NCBI GenBank assembly: GCA_947302975.1
Contig: CAMYXA010000002.1
Span: forward strand, 26,627 to 90,626
DNA length: 64,000 nucleotides
Reading direction: 5' to 3'
Origin: an uncultured Candidatus Saccharibacteria bacterium
GTDB taxonomy: Bacteria; Patescibacteriota; Saccharimonadia; Saccharimonadales; Saccharimonadaceae
A program made the position numbers and the translations under genes. The notes under the pieces were generated by a model that ran no database searches, was not told the DNA's origin, and worked only from the letters and a program-made list of their open reading frames with translations. Numbering within the stretch: position 1 is the stretch's first letter; every line of letters starts with the position of its first letter. Positions 1 to 10,125 of this stretch are shown here, in pieces.

Positions 1-219
1 AATGAGATTAGTATCTTCGATAAAATTCAGCACGACATCGAATATGTCGACCATTGCTCGATCAAAATGGACCTCAAAATTCTCTGGCGCACCTTCATTT
101 CCGTTCTAATTCATCAAGGCGTCACAGGTGGCAAGGGAACGATTGAGGACGAGATTGGAGCACTCCAAAACGAGCAATTCAAATCCCGTGGCGTAAAGAT
201 CGTGAACATCTTCCAGTAA
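1..219 (+). CDS. C-terminal fragment of a priming sugar transferase (Bac_transf family); 5' end outside the window
   Basis: Frame 1 reads NEISIFDKIQHDIEYVDHCSIKMDLKILWRTFISVL...IFQ*, matching the 'K..D..Y....S...D..Il..T' C-terminus of priming glycosyltransferases; it precedes glycosyltransferase genes. Confidence 0.75.
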   Translation, partial: NEISIFDKIQHDIEYVDHCSIKMDLKILWRTFISVLIHQGVTGGKGTIEDEIGALQNEQFKSRGVKIVNIFQ

Positions 220-266
220 CCTTTTTGGCGCCTATTTACAAACCTCGCATTTTCAGGTTCTAGCAC

Positions 267-295
267 TTGATTTTTCTTACGTTTTTTGGTATAAT
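267..295 (+). promoter_or_regulatory. Sigma70-type promoter TTGATT-17-(TGG)TATAAT
   Basis: -35 at 267-272, extended -10 at 287-295, ATG at 306. Confidence 0.6.
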
Positions 296-305
296 ATAAG
301 AATAC

Positions 306-1073
306 ATGAGTATTAATAGAACAGGGAGAAATCCATTAGTTAGCATCATAATTCCTGTTTTTAATGCCGAAAAATTCTTAAGAGATACAATCTCAACAAT
401 AAAAAGTCAAACATATACGAATTGGGAAGCTATTTTCGTCGATGATTGTTCGACCGACAACGGGACAAAAATCATTAAGTCCGAGGAAGATCCTCGCATA
501 AAACTAATTTCGAAAAAGGTCAATTCCGGTTCTGCCAAAACCAGAAACGTTGGCATCAGCAAAGCAAAAGGTAAATACATTTGTTTTCTTGATGCGGATG
601 ATTCCTGGAAACCAGAAAAGCTCGAGAAACAAATTGTCTTCATGAAAAAGACTGACGCAGCTTTTTCATTTACTGGCTACGAATTTGCAGACGAAAACTG
701 CAAGCCAAACGGGAAAAAAGTTTTTGTTCCAGAAAAAATGAATTATGGGCAGGCACTAAAGAATACTACGATCTTCATTTCGACCGTTATGTTTGATATG
801 TCAAAATTATCAAAAGAAGACATCACTATGCCAAACGTACGTAGCGAAGATACCGCAACCTGGTGGAAAGTCTTAAAGAAGATCGATTATGCCTACGGCC
901 TAAACAAAATCCTGTCTTACTACCGCCGAAGTACAAATACGAAGTCAGCAAATAAACTCAAAGCCATCAGCCAAACCTGGGAATTATATCGCAAAGTAGA
1001 AAAGCTTAACTTTTTCAAATCTAGCTACAACTTTTCTTGGTATGCATTCAATGCCGTGAGGAGGAGAATGTAA
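306..1073 (+). CDS. Glycosyltransferase family 2 (TuaG-like)
   Basis: VSIIIPVFNAE, VDDCSTD, SAKTRNVG, CFLDADD motifs. Confidence 0.9.
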   Translation: MSINRTGRNPLVSIIIPVFNAEKFLRDTISTIKSQTYTNWEAIFVDDCSTDNGTKIIKSEEDPRIKLISKKVNSGSAKTRNVGISKAKGKYICFLDADDSWKPEKLEKQIVFMKKTDAAFSFTGYEFADENCKPNGKKVFVPEKMNYGQALKNTTIFISTVMFDMSKLSKEDITMPNVRSEDTATWWKVLKKIDYAYGLNKILSYYRRSTNTKSANKLKAISQTWELYRKVEKLNFFKSSYNFSWYAFNAVRRRM

Positions 1074-2875
1074 TGAAAATCCAAACCTTAATTTCTACAA
1101 TGAACTGCACAAATCCAAAAGCCCTTCTCGAGAGCATGAAGATAAACGGTGATTACTATATAATCAATCAGATTACGGGTACGAAAGATCAGAAATTTAA
1201 TAACTTATACAACATGCACGAGACCGGCTTGAGCAAAAGTAGAAACGCCGCATTATTTCTCAGCGATGCCGACATATGTCTAATCGCGGACGACGATATA
1301 GAGTATCAACGTGATTTTCAAAAAACAATTCGGGAAGCATACAAAAAATACCCTAAAGCTGATATCATAGCCTTCTATCTAGACAGCGATGATGAAAAAA
1401 GTATAAAAAAGAAACTAAAATTTGGCAGAATCCGCAAGAGAAAATCGCTAAAAATTGCATCGTGTCAGCTCTCATTTAAACGCCATTCAATACTTCAATC
1501 CAATGTAAGGTTCGATGAGAAATTCGGAGCAGGCGCAAAATATAAAATGGGTGAAGAAAACATCTTTCTCATGGATTGCATTCGAGCAGGTCTTAAAGCC
1601 TATTCGTATCCTGTAAAGATTGGTACAGTAAGAGAAAAACATGCATCAACTTGGTTCAATGGCTACAACGAGGAATACTTTAAGTCGAGAGGGGCCGGAT
1701 ATTATAGAATATCAAAAAGATTCTATATCCCAATGTGCCTATTATTCGCATTAAAGAAAAAAAACAAGTACAATAATAAGCTGACCGTAAGAGACGCCAT
1801 AAGGCACATGATACTGGGCGTCAAAGAATTTAAACAAAATATAAGAATAGAAAACAATACAATTGATTTTGTCGTGCCATGGGTGGACTCAACAAGCAAA
1901 AAATGGCAAAACGAAAAAGCAAAATACGAGACAAAAACAAAAGGTATTGACGCTAGACAATCAAGATATCGTGATTGGGGTATTTTTCAATACTGGTTCA
2001 GAAGCATAGAAAAAAATGCGCCTTGGGTGCACAAAATTTATTTAGTAACTAATGGTGAGGACCCAGAATGGCTAGATACGAATAACTCAAAGATAAAAAT
2101 CGTTCATCATGAAGATTTTATAGACAAGAAATACTTACCAACATTCAATTCAAACACAATAGAGCTAAATATCTGCAATATTAAAGAACTTTCAGAAAAC
2201 TTCGTCCTATTTAATGACGATGTGTTTCTTCTGGGAAAAACAAAGCCTACGGATTTCTTCAAAAATGGAATACCAATAAATACATGCACAATAACTGATT
2301 GGCGAAACGACATCAATAATACTTATTACAAAACCAACCAAAATAACATCAATACCATAAGAAGAAATTTTGATTATAAAAAATTCAGAAAGGAAAATTT
2401 TTTTAAATTACTATCCCTTAGACAAGAAAAATATATCTACTGGACTTTAAAAAATATTGCATCAAAAGACTTTCCTGGTTTTGCGAACTATCATGGACCA
2501 AACGCATACAAAAAGAGTATTTTTAAAGAGGTACTGTACAGGGAACGCTGCGCAGTCGAAAAAAGCGTATCTCATAAACTAAGAAATTACAACAATAGCA
2601 TTAGCGACTGGGTAGTCAATTATTGGCAATTTGCGATGGGCACATTCAATCAAAAACGTGCTGGTTTCACAAAGCACGTCATGATCAATGACATAAAAAC
2701 ACCAAACCTAATCAAAAAATCAAGCAAAAAAGTCCTATGCCTAAGCGAAGGAGACGATATCGATAATATAGAGGAGATAAAACACAACACCCAGCAAGCA
2801 TTCGAATACAAATTCCCAGAAAAATCATCGTTTGAATTAGAAAACCCAAACAGAAAAAACAGGAAAGCGAGGTAA
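1073..2875 (+). CDS. GT2 domain fused to a Stealth-family hexose-1-phosphate transferase
   Basis: Start corrected to ATG 1073 (TAATG overlap). N-terminal GLSKSRN/IADDD GT2 motifs; C-terminal Stealth motifs IDFVVPWVD, RYRDWG..YWFRSIEKNAPWV, LPTFNSNTIE, FVLFNDDVF. Confidence 0.8.
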   Translation: MKIQTLISTMNCTNPKALLESMKINGDYYIINQITGTKDQKFNNLYNMHETGLSKSRNAALFLSDADICLIADDDIEYQRDFQKTIREAYKKYPKADIIAFYLDSDDEKSIKKKLKFGRIRKRKSLKIASCQLSFKRHSILQSNVRFDEKFGAGAKYKMGEENIFLMDCIRAGLKAYSYPVKIGTVREKHASTWFNGYNEEYFKSRGAGYYRISKRFYIPMCLLFALKKKNKYNNKLTVRDAIRHMILGVKEFKQNIRIENNTIDFVVPWVDSTSKKWQNEKAKYETKTKGIDARQSRYRDWGIFQYWFRSIEKNAPWVHKIYLVTNGEDPEWLDTNNSKIKIVHHEDFIDKKYLPTFNSNTIELNICNIKELSENFVLFNDDVFLLGKTKPTDFFKNGIPINTCTITDWRNDINNTYYKTNQNNINTIRRNFDYKKFRKENFFKLLSLRQEKYIYWTLKNIASKDFPGFANYHGPNAYKKSIFKEVLYRERCAVEKSVSHKLRNYNNSISDWVVNYWQFAMGTFNQKRAGFTKHVMINDIKTPNLIKKSSKKVLCLSEGDDIDNIEEIKHNTQQAFEYKFPEKSSFELENPNRKNRKAR

Positions 2876-2877
2876 AT

Positions 2878-4041
2878 ATGGACAGTAAAATCAAGAAGCA
2901 AAACAACCTGCAAAAAAAGAGTAGCGCTTTCCCAAACAGAAAAAAACCTCTTAGGATCTTGTTCGTAAATCAAACTATGAATCTTGGCGGCATAGAAACC
3001 TTTTTGATGACCCTAACAAAGGAACTTCTTGAGCAAGGGAACGAGGTGGCGTTTTTGTGCTATAAAGAGGGGACGTATTTTTACGAAAAAGAAATCACGA
3101 AAATTGGGTGCAAATTATATAAACTACACGAGGGGAAAAATACACCACATAAAAAACACTTCGACAACATTAGAAGGATCATCAGAGAATACAAACCAGA
3201 TGTAGTTCATTCTTGCACCTATGTTGATTCCATTCATGTCATGTTGGCTGCATTATTGTCTGGAGTAAAATGTAGGGTCACACATTCACATACTAGTGAA
3301 AAACCATCAGAGTTAAAGCAGACATTAAAATGGCCTATTGCTAAAGTTTTATTCAAGATACTTGCCACCGACAGAATCGCATGCAGCAAAGAAGCTGGAA
3401 AACAGTTATTTGCCAAAAACGATTATGTTGTCATAAAAAACGGTGTTGATATTAAAGAATTTCAATACGACCCAATAGCGAGAAAAACTATCAGATCGAA
3501 ATTAAATATCAAAGAAAATGAATACGTAATAGGTCACATCGGACGGTTTCATAAGGTCAAAAACCACACCTTTATAATTGACGTCTTTGCAAAAATCCTA
3601 GAGAAGAACAAAGATTGCAAACTTATGCTTGTTGGCGACGGAACCGAGCTCAACAATATTAAACTACACATCTCCAAGAAAAAAATTCCGTCCAATAAAG
3701 TGATTTTGACCGGAGCGGTAGATAATCCATCATTTTATTGCAACGCAATGGATACATTTATTTTTCCATCATTTTATGAAGGTCTACCAATGGCATTGGT
3801 TGAAGCCGGGACAAACGGGCTAAGAGTTACGGCAAACTCAGTGATTACAAGAGACGCAATCGTAAACAACAATATCACATTTTTAAGCTTAGATGACGAT
3901 ATTGACATCTGGGCAAATACGGTGATAGCAAGCAAACGAAACAAATCGCCAAAAGAGTCTTTATTAGCAAAAAGCGAATATAATATAAAGAATACGGCAA
4001 GAACATTTGAAAAACTATACCGAAGAAGGATACAGAAATGA
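2878..4041 (+). CDS. Glycosyltransferase family 4 (GT-B, EpsF-like)
   Basis: LGGIETF, IGRFHKVKNH, FPSFYEGLPMALVEA motifs. Confidence 0.9.
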   Translation: MDSKIKKQNNLQKKSSAFPNRKKPLRILFVNQTMNLGGIETFLMTLTKELLEQGNEVAFLCYKEGTYFYEKEITKIGCKLYKLHEGKNTPHKKHFDNIRRIIREYKPDVVHSCTYVDSIHVMLAALLSGVKCRVTHSHTSEKPSELKQTLKWPIAKVLFKILATDRIACSKEAGKQLFAKNDYVVIKNGVDIKEFQYDPIARKTIRSKLNIKENEYVIGHIGRFHKVKNHTFIIDVFAKILEKNKDCKLMLVGDGTELNNIKLHISKKKIPSNKVILTGAVDNPSFYCNAMDTFIFPSFYEGLPMALVEAGTNGLRVTANSVITRDAIVNNNITFLSLDDDIDIWANTVIASKRNKSPKESLLAKSEYNIKNTARTFEKLYRRRIQK

Positions 4042-5132
4042 ATGTTTTATTATTAATACTTATCCTAATAGTTTCAACAACGATCATGACATTTTTTTGC
4101 ATGAAGAAGAGAAGCGTCGTATCAACAGTAATATTCTCTATATTATTCGGAATGGTATACGGGGTGGGAGCGTATCATATGCAGCCAAAACAGGATTTTG
4201 ACATTGTCAGATTGCAGCAAATTGCTTCAAAATATGAAAATGTAACCACAATTGAAGAATTCGCCCAGAAATCCTCATCAGATAAACTGGAAATCGGGCC
4301 AAAAGTATATAGCGCTATCATATCAAAAACTGGCAACCTAGATCTTCTCCAGTTTTTTATTGTCTGGGCCGGGTATGCGCTTCTATCATTCATGATCATT
4401 GACTATCAAAATAAAAAACAGCTAAAGCCCGCAAGTTTTATACCGATAGCAATAGTCATATTGCTAGGACAAGATGTGCTCTTTTATTTTAGCGGATTAT
4501 ATAATTATTTAGCGATCATATTATTCTCATTCGCCTATTATATCGAGCAAAACTACAATAAAAAGTTATTGCCTCTTTTCTTCTATATCTTATCGATCCT
4601 TATCCATACGTCTATCGTCCTGCCAATATCGATGCTCTTATTTGGCAAGCTGTGGAGAGGAAAAATAAAAATGGGAGCAATTATCGCGACAGTCATAATA
4701 GGGCTACTAGCCGGCCCAATAGTGAATATAATTGCCGACTCAGTAAATATAGGAGTCATAGAAGATGCAAGATCTCTCCTTAATGAATATATAGCGTCAA
4801 ACGATGAATTCTTCGGATTGTATGACGGCGGATATTTGATTGCCAGCATCCTGAAGATCCTCCTTGTAATAATTAGCGCTCTCCTGGTTTCGACTAAACA
4901 AAAAGATAGCAAGATAGACAACTTTCCAATTTTAATGACGATCCTCATCGTAGTCCTTTCGTTCTCGTCAATCGCAATCACCAGATTTACATCAATAGTA
5001 TTATTCACACAGCTTCCTGTTATTGCAAAAGCATCTGAGCAAAAACAGGTAATATTCTTTAAAGTACTATTGTATATGTCGGCATTATTCTTTGTTGTGT
5101 ATAGCATAAATGAGTTATATCCACTATATTGA
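4038..5132 (+). CDS. wzy: Polysaccharide polymerase (EpsG/Wzy-like)
   Basis: Polytopic membrane protein with a 'ILIHTS' motif, located between GT genes and the flippase. Confidence 0.65.
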   Translation: MNVLLLILILIVSTTIMTFFCMKKRSVVSTVIFSILFGMVYGVGAYHMQPKQDFDIVRLQQIASKYENVTTIEEFAQKSSSDKLEIGPKVYSAIISKTGNLDLLQFFIVWAGYALLSFMIIDYQNKKQLKPASFIPIAIVILLGQDVLFYFSGLYNYLAIILFSFAYYIEQNYNKKLLPLFFYILSILIHTSIVLPISMLLFGKLWRGKIKMGAIIATVIIGLLAGPIVNIIADSVNIGVIEDARSLLNEYIASNDEFFGLYDGGYLIASILKILLVIISALLVSTKQKDSKIDNFPILMTILIVVLSFSSIAITRFTSIVLFTQLPVIAKASEQKQVIFFKVLLYMSALFFVVYSINELYPLY

Positions 5133-5140
5133 GGTATAAG

Positions 5141-6652
5141 ATGTCTAGAAGAAAAAACTCAATAAAAAACATTGCGACATCTTTTATTAGCAATATAGTC
5201 ACAGTCGCAGCTGGCGTTGTAGCCCAAGCCGTTTTCATTAGGCTTCTTGGCAAAGATTTTTTGGGTCTAAATGGATTATTCTCAAATATTATAACGATGC
5301 TGTCCGTTGCAGAGCTTGGCATTGGTTTAGCAATTGTCCATGAATTATACAAACCAATAGCATCAAACAACGAGAAAAAAATAAAAGAACTGATGTCCTT
5401 CTATAAGAAGTGCTACAAGATTATTGGCACAACAATAGGTGTTATCGGCCTATGCCTCATACCTCTGCTTTCAACAATAGTAGACATCGAATCTGCTCCG
5501 GCAAGCATCAACATCTATAGCGTATACCTACTATTTCTACTAGAGTCAGTTATCTCGTATTTTGTTTCGTACAAGAGAAGCATACTATATGCAAGCCAAA
5601 AAAATCACATAATCGATATCGTCCATATTTTATACACGATTCTAATGAACGCCGTACAAATTTTGCTCCTCTACACTACTCACGACTATTATCTATACTT
5701 AATTACAAGAATTGTCTTCAAGTTTGTCGAAAATATAGTCATAACGACCCTCGCAAACAAGTATTATCCATCAATAAGAAAGCTGCGCAGACAAAGTGTA
5801 GACCCCACAGTCAAAAAAGGAATATTAGCACAAATGCGTGCGCTATTCCTACACAGAATTGCTGGCATCGTAGTGAACGGCACAGACAACGTCTTGATTT
5901 CTAAGTTCTTCGGATTAGGGACAGTTGGTCTTTATTCAAACTATTACCTTATCATTAATGCAATACAGACAATTTTTAGCCAGACATCGAGGGCAGTCAC
6001 CGCAAGTGTGGGAAACCTACTAGTCACGGAAACAAAAGAGAAGCAATTTGATTCATTTAGGAAGATTAGATTTCTAAATTTCTGGATAGCAACTTTCGCA
6101 AGCATAGCGACAATGATCATAATTGAACCATTTGTGTCGGTATGGATAGGCACTGATTACATAATGGACAAATTGGTTTTAATTACGTTAATCATAAACT
6201 TATACCAAACATTAATGAGAAATGCATATATGTCATTCAAGGAAGCGGCCGGTATTTTCAGACAGGACAAGTTCGTACCACTAGTAGAAGCAACCACGAA
6301 TATAGTATTCTCGATCCTCTTCATTTATCTATTCGGATTGGCCGGCGTCTTTATGGGTACTATAGCCAGTAGTTTAGTTATTTGGTTCTACAGTTATCCA
6401 AAATACGTATACAAAAACTTGTTCAGTCGCACATACAGGAGTTATGCGAGGGAAACCGTAGCATACGCTATACTTTTCGCGCTAATCGCAACCGCAACTT
6501 TCGCGTTATCTTCACTAATTCCATCTGGGAATATCTGGCTTGAGCTCATTCTGAACATACTTCTCGCAATCGCCGTACCAAACATATTATTGTTGATAAT
6601 TTTCGGAAGAACAGAACTATTTAAAAACTCCTTGAAACTATTCAAAAAATAG
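5141..6652 (+). CDS. wzx: Polysaccharide flippase (Wzx/MATE-like)
   Basis: ATG 5141 follows GAGGT; about 12-14 hydrophobic segments; 'RLLGKDFLGLNGLF', 'GTDNVLISKFFG' motifs. Confidence 0.85.
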   Translation: MSRRKNSIKNIATSFISNIVTVAAGVVAQAVFIRLLGKDFLGLNGLFSNIITMLSVAELGIGLAIVHELYKPIASNNEKKIKELMSFYKKCYKIIGTTIGVIGLCLIPLLSTIVDIESAPASINIYSVYLLFLLESVISYFVSYKRSILYASQKNHIIDIVHILYTILMNAVQILLLYTTHDYYLYLITRIVFKFVENIVITTLANKYYPSIRKLRRQSVDPTVKKGILAQMRALFLHRIAGIVVNGTDNVLISKFFGLGTVGLYSNYYLIINAIQTIFSQTSRAVTASVGNLLVTETKEKQFDSFRKIRFLNFWIATFASIATMIIIEPFVSVWIGTDYIMDKLVLITLIINLYQTLMRNAYMSFKEAAGIFRQDKFVPLVEATTNIVFSILFIYLFGLAGVFMGTIASSLVIWFYSYPKYVYKNLFSRTYRSYARETVAYAILFALIATATFALSSLIPSGNIWLELILNILLAIAVPNILLLIIFGRTELFKNSLKLFKK

Positions 6653-6735
6653 CACTTTCCAAGCTAAGCCAACATAACAAAATCCGCACCTCCACCTCTT
6701 TACAAAACCCCTCATCTATGCTATAATTATAGTAT

Positions 6736-8109
6736 ATGGAAAATATAGATATCAGGGAGATGTTTGGATATTTCCTCAAAAAATTGGGTATTATTATAAC
6801 ACTTTTTGTGGTAACAATGCTAATCGGAAATATCTATACTTTTTATCTCCAAAAACCAGTTTATCAATCTTATTCAACCGTCGTTCTTGCCGGTGATGAA
6901 TCCTCAAAGACCACCACTTCAAGCGACGTTACCTTGAACAAGAACCTCATCAGTTCCTACACCGAAGTTGTAAAATCTCGCCGCGTCCTCGACGCCGTCA
7001 ATGAAGAAATCGGCTACGGCTATGATTTCGATCAATTGAACAGAAAGATCAACGTTTCGTCTGTCGATAACGTGTCCATCATCAAGATCACGGCCACCGA
7101 CGATGAACCAGAACGCGCAGAGGCAATCGCAAACTCAACCGCCGAACACTTCATTCCAGTCGTTGCCGAGAAATACAAACTCAACAACGCTAGCGTCCTC
7201 GACTACGCCGTTAAAAACGACGAGCCATCCAACAAAAATCTCGTCAAACAAGAAATTATCTATATTATCCTTTCTCTTGTCGTTAGCCTAGGCTCCGCCT
7301 TCCTAACTTTCTATTTTGACCGTTCCATCAAAACCGCCGAACAGGTCGAGCAACTCACCAAACTCCCTGTTATTGGTAAGGTCAGAAAGACCAACAAAAA
7401 CACCGACCTCGTCCTAAAGGACGATCCAAAGTCCAACATCAGCGAAGACATTCGTACTCTCCGTACCAACATTCAATTCATTTTGAACAACAACAATAGC
7501 GTCGCTCTTATCACCAGCTCAACCCCACACGAAGGTAAGAGCTTCATCTCAACCAACCTCGCTATCGCCCTTGCTGAGGCTAGGAAGAAAGTCGTGATCG
7601 TCGATGGCGATATGCGCCTCGGCCGCATCCACGAAATTTTCAACATTCCAAACGAAAGAGGTCTCTCTGCACTCCTCTCATCTCGCAAAATCGTTAGCTA
7701 CGGCGACTACATCACCGAGACTCGCATCCGCGGCCTCTCGATTATTCCACGTGGCATCGTCCCTCCAAACCCAAGCGAACTTCTTGATTCATCCAACATG
7801 GATCACTTGATTAAGCACCTTCGCGGCAAATTTGACTACGTCATCATCGATGGTACCCCACTTAACGGTCTTCCAGACTCTCTCGTTATGACCAAGTTTG
7901 CCGACCGCACCCTCCTCGTTTGTGCCACCAACACCACCGCCACCGACGACATGAACAATGCCATCAAATCTCTTGAGAACATCAACAGTAACGCATCTGG
8001 CGTCATCATGAACTTCATGCCATCCAAGGGTAAAAAATACGGTGGCTATTACAACTCTTATTACCAAGCCACCGAAGACCATAGACGCTCCAAACACGGT
8101 AGGCACTAA
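6736..8109 (+). CDS. wzc: Wzc-type tyrosine autokinase (CpsC-CpsD fusion)
   Basis: Two TM segments around a chain-length domain; Walker A PHEGKS, A' IVDGDMR, B IIDGTP; Tyr-rich tail YGGYYNSYY. Confidence 0.9.
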   Translation: MENIDIREMFGYFLKKLGIIITLFVVTMLIGNIYTFYLQKPVYQSYSTVVLAGDESSKTTTSSDVTLNKNLISSYTEVVKSRRVLDAVNEEIGYGYDFDQLNRKINVSSVDNVSIIKITATDDEPERAEAIANSTAEHFIPVVAEKYKLNNASVLDYAVKNDEPSNKNLVKQEIIYIILSLVVSLGSAFLTFYFDRSIKTAEQVEQLTKLPVIGKVRKTNKNTDLVLKDDPKSNISEDIRTLRTNIQFILNNNNSVALITSSTPHEGKSFISTNLAIALAEARKKVVIVDGDMRLGRIHEIFNIPNERGLSALLSSRKIVSYGDYITETRIRGLSIIPRGIVPPNPSELLDSSNMDHLIKHLRGKFDYVIIDGTPLNGLPDSLVMTKFADRTLLVCATNTTATDDMNNAIKSLENINSNASGVIMNFMPSKGKKYGGYYNSYYQATEDHRRSKHGRH

Positions 8110-8813
8110 TGATTGATATCCATTCCCACATTCTTCCCGGCATCGACGATGGCAGCAAGTCCATGGACGAATCGCTCGCCATTTTGAAGCAAATGGAAGA
8201 ACTTGGGTTCACGGACATCGTCTGCACCCCGCATTATATCGAGCTCACTACCTTCCGTGCGAACAACACGAAGAAGCAGGAACTCCTTAGGAAAACTCAA
8301 GCCGCCGCGAAGAAGGCCGGCATCAGCATCAAGCTCCACCTCGGAAACGAAATTTTTGTGAGCCGCGACATCGTGAAATTCCTAGAAAAGAAAGAAGCGA
8401 TGCCAATCAACAAAAAATACGTCCTTTTTGAGCTTCCATTCACGACCGAAATTAAAAACTTGGGCGACATCATCTTCGACATCAAGGTGAACGGCTACAC
8501 GCCGATCCTCGCTCACCCAGAGCGTTATCTCATGATCCAAAAAGATATTCGTGTCGCAAAAATGCTCAAAGAAAAAGGCGTGAAGCTTCAGTGCAATTAT
8601 TCCAGCATCACCGGCCAATACGGCAAAAAACCGATGAAGACCATGAAAAAACTTCTAAAAAACGGCCTCGTCGACTATCTTGGCTCGGACATCCACCGCG
8701 CGAAACACAGTTTCTATGGCGACTTTCCAAAGATGTTAAAGCGTATCAAGCGCATCGCCGGGGAATCATACTTCGAAAAAATTGAGAAAGACACCGCCAG
8801 CCTCATAAAATAA
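8109..8813 (+). CDS. cpsB: PHP-family protein-tyrosine phosphatase (CpsB/CapC)
   Basis: MIDIHSHILPGIDDG, CTPHY, AHPERY, GSDIH motifs. Confidence 0.9.
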   Translation: MIDIHSHILPGIDDGSKSMDESLAILKQMEELGFTDIVCTPHYIELTTFRANNTKKQELLRKTQAAAKKAGISIKLHLGNEIFVSRDIVKFLEKKEAMPINKKYVLFELPFTTEIKNLGDIIFDIKVNGYTPILAHPERYLMIQKDIRVAKMLKEKGVKLQCNYSSITGQYGKKPMKTMKKLLKNGLVDYLGSDIHRAKHSFYGDFPKMLKRIKRIAGESYFEKIEKDTASLIK

Positions 8814-8858
8814 CCCGCCCTCTCTAAAATTTGCTATAATAAGGCAAAAGGAGGCTTG

Positions 8859-9476
8859 ATGCACATAGTAATCGAAGGCCAAGACGGCACCGGAAAAGAT
8901 ACCCAGACTGATCTTCTAGTCAAATATTTTGAATCTTTAGGGGAGAAGGTTGTCCGCTATTCCGAATCCGGGACCAATTCATCCGACCCATTCGTCAAAG
9001 AAATCGCGCGCCTAAACTACGGCAGCAACCAAGATATCGACAATCGCACTCGCGTAATGCTTTATCTCATCAACCGCTATGAACAGTGGCGAAAGCTCGC
9101 CGAACCAGCACTAAAAAACGGCGATATCGTCATCACCACCAGAAACTGGCTCTCAACCTTACTCTACGAAGGTTACTGCGCTGGCGTCAGCAAATCCCTC
9201 ATCATTCGTCTCCACAAGCAAGTCATGCCTGAGCCATACTTCCATCCAGACAAAATCGTCATCCTGACCCTCTCCGAAAAAGAGCGTGAAGCCCGCCGCA
9301 TTTCTCAGGGCGAACGCACCTCGACCGAAGTTTGGAAGTCCAAACCAACCGAATTCCAAGAAAAGCTCAACTCTGGCTACCTTAAGGTCGCAAAAGAATT
9401 TAATGTTCCAACCATGTCGGCCGCCGGCACTCCAGAAGAAGTCCACGAACGCCTAAAAAAGTTCTTCGAAATCTAA
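8859..9476 (+). CDS. tmk: Thymidylate kinase
   Basis: P-loop IEGQDGTGKDTQ; SD AGGAGG before ATG 8859. Confidence 0.8.
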   Translation: MHIVIEGQDGTGKDTQTDLLVKYFESLGEKVVRYSESGTNSSDPFVKEIARLNYGSNQDIDNRTRVMLYLINRYEQWRKLAEPALKNGDIVITTRNWLSTLLYEGYCAGVSKSLIIRLHKQVMPEPYFHPDKIVILTLSEKEREARRISQGERTSTEVWKSKPTEFQEKLNSGYLKVAKEFNVPTMSAAGTPEEVHERLKKFFEI

Positions 9477-9477
9477 A

Positions 9478-10125
9478 ATGCACGAAAGTTGGAAACCTTT
9501 TCTTAGCTCAGAGTTTGAAAAACCCTATTTCAAGGAGCTCGCGAGCTTCCTGCACGAAGCCTACGAAACTCGCACTATCTTCCCAAGAAAGCAAGATGTT
9601 TTTCGTGCCTTCACCACCAACCTAGACGATACAAAAGTCGTGGTTCTCGGCCAAGACCCCTATCACACTCCTGGCGCCGCCATGGGCCTGGCCTTTTCCG
9701 TTCCAGACCAAGAAAAAATCCCGCCATCCCTCGTCAATATCTATAAAGAAATCGATAGCGACGTTGGCCCGCACCACAACAAAACCGGCAGCCTCGTGAG
9801 CTGGCAAAACCAAGGCGTGTTGCTTCTTAACAACGTCCTCACTGTCGAAGCACACCTCGCCGGCTCTCATCGTGGCAAAGGCTGGGAAACCTTCACTGAA
9901 GACACTATAAAATATCTCAGCGATACTCGCCCACATCTCGTCTTTATTTTGTGGGGCCGTGACGCTCGCTCCAAAAAATCTTTAATCGACACCGAGAAAC
10001 ATTTCATCATCGAATCCGCTCATCCGTCTCCGCTTTCCGCCCACAACGGATTCTTTGGCAGTAAGCCATTTTCAAAGTGCAACAAAAAACTGGAAGAATG
10101 GGGTCTTCCAGTTATTGAGTGGTAA
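9478..10125 (+). CDS. ung: Uracil-DNA glycosylase family 1
   Basis: GQDPYH, GVLLLN, HPSPLS motifs. Confidence 0.95.
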   Translation: MHESWKPFLSSEFEKPYFKELASFLHEAYETRTIFPRKQDVFRAFTTNLDDTKVVVLGQDPYHTPGAAMGLAFSVPDQEKIPPSLVNIYKEIDSDVGPHHNKTGSLVSWQNQGVLLLNNVLTVEAHLAGSHRGKGWETFTEDTIKYLSDTRPHLVFILWGRDARSKKSLIDTEKHFIIESAHPSPLSAHNGFFGSKPFSKCNKKLEEWGLPVIEW

